Part shown: positions 58,708-64,000 of the stretch, piece after piece | Position numbering within the stretch: the first letter of the stretch is position 1 | Layout: each line of letters begins with the position of its first letter | Notes under the pieces: model-generated | Databases searched by the model: none | What the model was told of the DNA's origin: nothing | Seen by the model: only the letters and a program-made list of their open reading frames with translations | Assembly (NCBI GenBank): GCA_002269645.1 | Contig: NIVC01000010.1 | Span: 372,001-436,000 of the forward strand | Source of the DNA: Macrostomum lignano | Lineage: Eukaryota | Length of the DNA stretch: 64,000 bases | Direction of reading: 5' to 3' | Position numbers and translations under genes: made by a program

Positions 58708-61700
58708 ACCGCCAAGCGGTGTGCTGTGGAACCTAGTCGTGGACGGCTAGGTACGAAAGGAAGCATACTGAAGCCGAACATCCAAGATTTGAACTCCCAG
58801 CATCGGAGGAGCAGGTCGCATCACCGGAGTATGGGCACTGACTGACAGGGGAAAAGGCAGCGGCTTCTGGCCCTACAAGGTTGACAGCAGGCCCCTGCTG
58901 CTCAGAGCAGGCGACGTTGAGAGCAACCCGGTGTTAGAGTTTAGGATCTCCGCGTTTTAGGGTCTCCGGCCCGGAGATCACAAACTGAAAATTGTGTCAT
59001 TTTAAGATCGCCCACACGAAGATCGGAAACCATAACATAAGATAGAGTTACAGGTCTCCGCCGTGTTAAGATCTCCGCGGTTCTTTTCTATATGAAAATT
59101 ATAGCTACTTCTATGTACATCGAGATTGGCACCCCAAAGTGTGAGCAGTCTTGCGTAACTTTCAATAGGCTTTGCACATTTTGGAGATCAGCTTTGTACT
59201 CATATTTTATGGGTGGCGGGAAGCGCTGTAAACATTTATATTGGGCAGATGATAAGAAAGGTTTGTGCTGTGTGATTTTCGTCGATTTCTGCATTTCAAA
59301 GCTTGATGGCTTCGCTCAATCAAATATTTTTCTACGTCCTAAACAATGAATATACGCAGGTACCAGCCAGATTTGACGCCAAAGATAAGGCCAACTTAAA
59401 AAGACGTATTAGAGAAAAGAGCAAGCGTTTCTCCATCCATGACGGAGCGCTTTACTACAGGACTAATAAGGACGACAGTCAGCGAATGCGGCCTGAAGAC
59501 CATCGCAGAGTACTTTTCACAGAGGAAGAGGTACGGGATAAGATCCGCAGCCTTCACTCGCAAGGAAGTCACGTGGGTGTCAACAGCACAGTGAGCCTTT
59601 TTACTGCACGATACTATGCTGACATCCCCGTCACACCGATTGCCAAGGCAGTGGTCGAGTCTTGTGACAGGTGCGAGCTGGTCACACCGTGGGAGCAGCT
59701 GGGGTTCAGGATCTGAAGCGAGGGGACAGAGTTAGGCTTCGCAATCTTCGCAGGGACGATCGGAAGGGTGGTAAGATGCGATACACTTGGAGTCAGCAAG
59801 TCTACATCGTGACCAGGTGTCTTGGTCAAAACGTGTACAGGCTAGGAGGACTAACCAGGTGTGTCAATGGGAAACACCTCAAGAGATGCTTCCTCCAAGC
59901 ACCGGCTGAAAGTGCATCACCGGTTTTTCACTAAGCGGACATTTACTTCATTACTTTAACAGTAAACAGTTTTCCATTTAAATACACAGTTGTGCGAGCA
60001 TTACATATAAAACTAATGCTACGTTGATGATAAAAATGCCTTTCCACTTCTTATACATGTACGCGTTCAATACCATGACCATTGGTTTTACACAAATGGG
60101 GGGGAGATCGGAAACCGGAGATCCTAAACCAGGACTTTGTTTTTGCGGCCCTGACGGAGAGCTGAAACTGGTTTAGAGTCTCCTGGGGGGAGATCAGAAA
60201 CTGGTTTAAGATCTCCGGGTGCGGAGACCTGAAAATGCCCCGGAGACCCTTAAACGGTTTCAGATCTCCTACCCCGGAGACCCATAACCGTTAGAAGTCT
60301 CCAGGGGAGATCCTAAACGGTTTAGGGTCTCCGGGCGGAGATCCTAAACCGTTTAGGGTCTCCGCCCCGGACACCCTAAACTGACCGGACCCCCGGAGAT
60401 TCTAAACCATAACACCGGGGCCACCCATGGCTCGAAGCACCCTCTGTGGGCTCTGCTGCAAACGAGCCACGGGCCGGGGCCCACGCTGCAAGGACTGCGG
60501 TAACCACCTCCATCTCAAGTGCAGCGGCCTGCCCAGAGGTAGATTCTACGCGACGGAGAAGGCTGGCGACTGGACAGGCCCATGCTGCCAAGGAAGCCGG
60601 CCAACCGCCAGCACGCCCGGCAGGATGCCAGGAGAGGACAAGCCCAAGTTGGACAAGCAACCAGGCGGGCGAAGCACGGCGAGGGACGCGATGAGCAAGC
60701 CAACCGTGGCTCAGGACCCACGGTTGGCTTGGTCCTGAGTCCTGAGTCCTGAGTCCTTGGTCCGGCTTGCTCCGTGGCTGAGGAAGACCCGAGGCGTGGA
60801 AACAACATCATTTGGGCCAAGCTCAGGGGCTGGGCCTGGTGGCCGGCCAAGCGCCTGCAAGCGTGTGACGCGCCAGCGGCGCTCAGCCGCATTGCGCATG
60901 GCAGCAATGACGTGCCGGTCAGCTGGTTTGGCTCTGGGCAGGCGTCATGGATCAAGAAGGACAACATCAGACCCTTCAACAGGAGTACGGGGTGCAACGG
61001 GGCGATGTCTGCGAGGTTGCGCCAAGCGGTGAAGATGGCCACGGCCGCCTTGGACGAGAAGGAAGGGCGGTCAGCAGGAGATGCGGAAGTTAGCATCGAA
61101 ATACCGAGGTCTGACGAGGATGTGACAGCGAATAAGAGCGGCCTTGAGAGGCTCGGAGAGGAGCAAGCCAGTACCATCAACTCGCCGGTGGGGAGGAGAC
61201 TCACCGAAGTCGAGGACAGCCGGGAGAATCCGCCACCCAATCCTAAAACTAAAAAACCCGGCGGAACCCCGACGCTCGACCAAGTGGCCCTGCCCGGCAG
61301 GCCGAGCTATTGCGGCAAGTGCGATCGCAAGATCAGAGCCGGCCACAGCGGCACCCCGTGCGCACAATGTCACCGTGTCTTCCATCGCGCCTGCACGACC
61401 ATCTCGCGCTGGAGACCTGCTGAAGGAGCTAGCTGGATATGCCAGCCCTGCGCCGCCAACAACAGAAGCAGAACAGCCGGAAACACCGGGGAGACAGAAC
61501 CACCCCAACGGCCCAGCCTAGCCCGGAACAGTTCGGAGAGACCGCTCGCCGCTGCGAGGGCAGGCCGGTGTGCGGAATGCAAGAGATTCAGGAGGAGAGG
61601 ACAAGGGGCTGAGTGCAAGAACTGCGGCAAGAAGGTTCACTGGTCCTGCTGCCACAGGACCTACACCCGGAGGCAAATCGAAGGTCTGAAACACCGGGGC

Positions 61701-64000
61701 TGGACATGCAACGAATGCGCCCACGAGGCCGCAGCCAAGCCGGAAGGCACAACGCTCCCACCCCCACCACCCGCCGCTGGCCAGGCACAGACAGCGGACG
61801 GACAACAGAGGCCGGCAGGGTGCAGCGGAGAGCCGAAGACCAGCAAGCTCACCATCATACAATGGAACTGTGACCACTTCAAGGCCAAGGAGCCGGAGCT
61901 CAAAGAGCTCGTGAGGCAGCAAGATGCCGATGTCATTATGCTGCAAGAGAGCAAGCTGAAGGCCGAGGACGAGCTGCTAGCCTGGCCAGGCTACACGGTG
62001 CTACGTGCGGACCGCAACCGGCACAGACAGCACCACAGCGCGAGAGGGGGAGGCCTGGTGACCATCATCAGACACGGGCTGCGGTTCGAAAGGATTCAGA
62101 CGCCAGTGACCAACTCGCCGCTGGAAATGCTAGGCGTCAGGCTATACTTTGAAGCAAACAGCGGGCAAGGTCTGGAACAACTGCTGCTGATCAACATCTA
62201 CATCCCGCCCTAAGCCACCTGCAACATGGCAGCAGCCGAGCTGGCGCAAATCCCAGGCGGCGAGAACCTGCTCTTGGCCGGCGACTGGAACGCACACCAT
62301 GAGCTGTGGGACAACAACTCCCCCAGAGACAGGCGAGGCGAGGGGCTCGCCGACTGGATGGACGAGCAGATGTTAACGGCGCTGAACGATGGATCCACCA
62401 CCCGAACCAGCTGGGACGGCGAACACAGGTCTTCGCCGGACGTGACCATAGTCCCGCAAGCGGAGCTAGACCAGTGGGAATGGCGGACAGCAAACAGGCT
62501 AAGCTCCGACCACCTGCCGATCATCATCAGCCGCAGGGCAGAGAACGCAGACCCGGACCCCACCACCAGGAAAATCATGCGCTGGAACTGGAAGAAGGTG
62601 GACTGGCCGCTGTACCAGCGACTGGTCAGTGAGAATCTAAAGAGCGCGAACCTTATGGCTCTCAGCAGCTCGGAGCATGAGGAACAGCTGCGAACGTGCC
62701 TGATGAAGGCGGCCCGCACGGCGGTGGGCATGGTGGCCAGGAAAACCAGGAACGCTGAGTTCATCGACGAGGAAGTCCAGCTCCTGACGGCGGAGAGAGA
62801 CAACATTAGAATGAGTGAGGGTATCGAGTCTGAGGACTGGAAGCACCTGGACCGGCAGATCAAGCAGAAACAGCAGGAGAATAAGAGGGAAAGATGGAGA
62901 GACAAGCTGGACAGCAATGCGACGACGGACAAGATGTGGTCGCTGCTGAAGCAACTGAACGGCGCGTCGCCCCCCCAGAGCGGGGACCAGATCCTTGAAT
63001 ATGAAGGCAAAAGGTACAAGTCGAACAGAGCCAAGGCCAACATCATTGCGAAAGTATACGCCAAGGTCAGCGCCACCACCGTTAGGGCCAGTCACAGATG
63101 GGCACGCAGAGAAATTAACGCCCGGCTGAGACAAAGCGCCGCTACCCCCACCACCGAGGACTGTCAAGCCATGACCATGGACGAACTGCTAGCAGCGCTG
63201 CAAAGCATGGACGCCAACAGAGCCGCCGGAATGGACGGACTGCACCCGAAGCTGCTGAAGGCGCTCCCCCGAGAAGCGCTCCAAGAGGTCCTGAAGCTGT
63301 TTAACCGGTTGTATGACTGCGGCTTCACGCCGCAGAACTGGCGCACGGCCCGCATCATTCCTCTGCTTAAGAGCGGAAAGCCCGCCAAGGACATAGGATC
63401 CTACCGCCCGGTTAGCCTAACCTCCAGCTTAGGTAAGTGGATGGAACGGGTGCTTGCGAACCGAATCAAGCACGTTCTGGAGTCCACCGGCGGTCTCAGC
63501 GAAGCGCAAGCGGGGTTCAGAGGGGGCAGGTCCACGGAGGATCAACTGCTCCGGCTGTCCCAATCGATTGACGACGCTTTCCAAGAGCGAAAACTAACAG
63601 TCCTGGCGCTGTTCGACTTTGCGCGCGCGTTCGACAAAGTTTGGCGCGACGGGCTGCTGATCAAACTGCTTAACGCTGGCATTGGCCCAAAAACGGTCAG
63701 ATGGATACAGAGCTGGCTAGCGAACAGGCTGGCGTGCGTCCGGGTCGGCGACGTGGACAGCAAGCGGGAACTTTTCCAGCAAGGGCTGCCGCAGGGATCC
63801 GTGCTTTCGCCGCTGCTCTTCATCGTCTTCATCGATGACCTTCTCAGGCAACTTGACGCTATCCCGGACCTGCAGGTGAGCGGCTATGCGGACGATCTAG
63901 CCACCTGGACCAGCAGCAGAAGAGTAGCGGAGGCCTTATCCACCCAGCAGAAGGCGGTCGACACCCTGGAAGCTTGGAGCAAAGCATGGCTGCTACCGGT
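58708..64000 (+). mobile_element. Non-LTR retrotransposon (I-group, Ingi-like by inference): 2A - PHD - PWWP - PHD - PHD - APE - RT; inactivated; runs off the window end
   Basis: 2A LLLRAGDVESNPG|P (58890-58931 + 60419); PHD 60445-60590; PWWP IWAKLRGWAWWPA..VSWFG..SW at 60805-60980; two further PHDs. APE IIQWNCDH, IMLQESK, GGGL, LAGDWNAHH, SPDVT, SDHLPI (in-frame TAA at 62211). RT YRPVSLTS, QAGFR, DFARAFDKV, GLPQGSVLSPLLF, YADD, open to 64000. Confidence 0.92.
58932..60414 (+). mobile_element. Internally deleted Ginger1-type DNA transposon
   Basis: TGTT...AACA ends; imperfect TIR TGTTAGAGTTTAGGATCTCC vs TGTTATGGTTTAGAATCTCC (17/20); subterminal GGAGATC repeats; exact 4-bp TSD CCGG. Carries a Gypsy-like integrase zinc finger (LHSQGSHVG..CDRC) joined to a C-terminal domain (LKRGDRVRLRN..YIVT..VNGKHLK), with no DDE core. 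Confidence 0.8.

Noticed and set aside
58710-58790. Hammerhead or complete HDV ribozyme in the LINE leader (GAAA, CTGAAG motifs)
   Set aside because: The spacing cannot accommodate hammerhead stems I and III, and there is too little upstream sequence for HDV P1/P2/P3. Kept only as a structured-leader finding.

Overview
Eukaryotic animal genomic DNA. GT-AG introns, CTAAC-type branch points, minisatellite-filled introns and short TTAGGG runs suggest a flatworm such as Macrostomum (inference only). The left half (5.9-35.3 kb) has three spliced + strand genes that I assembled exon by exon with consistent phases: a FOP/FGFR1OP (CEP43) centrosomal protein whose first exon was not found, a 12-exon L1/neuroglian-type adhesion molecule (6 Ig + 5 FN3 + TM, 1498 aa), and an ankyrin-repeat DHHC palmitoyltransferase with two apparently mutually exclusive TM3-TM4 exons. 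Most introns carry their own tandem repeat. The right half (36-64 kb) is an array of four intronless secreted C-type-lectin + PAN-like genes on the - strand (two intact, two damaged), heavily invaded by mobile DNA. The invaders include a hAT-type MITE containing an RT-less Gypsy element with four LTR copies, SINEs, other MITEs, and a non-LTR retrotransposon encoding 2A-PHD-PWWP-PHD-PHD-APE-RT. That element's 2A motif is split by a Ginger-type DNA transposon with a CCGG duplication. All calls were made by eye from the sequence; no searches were run.
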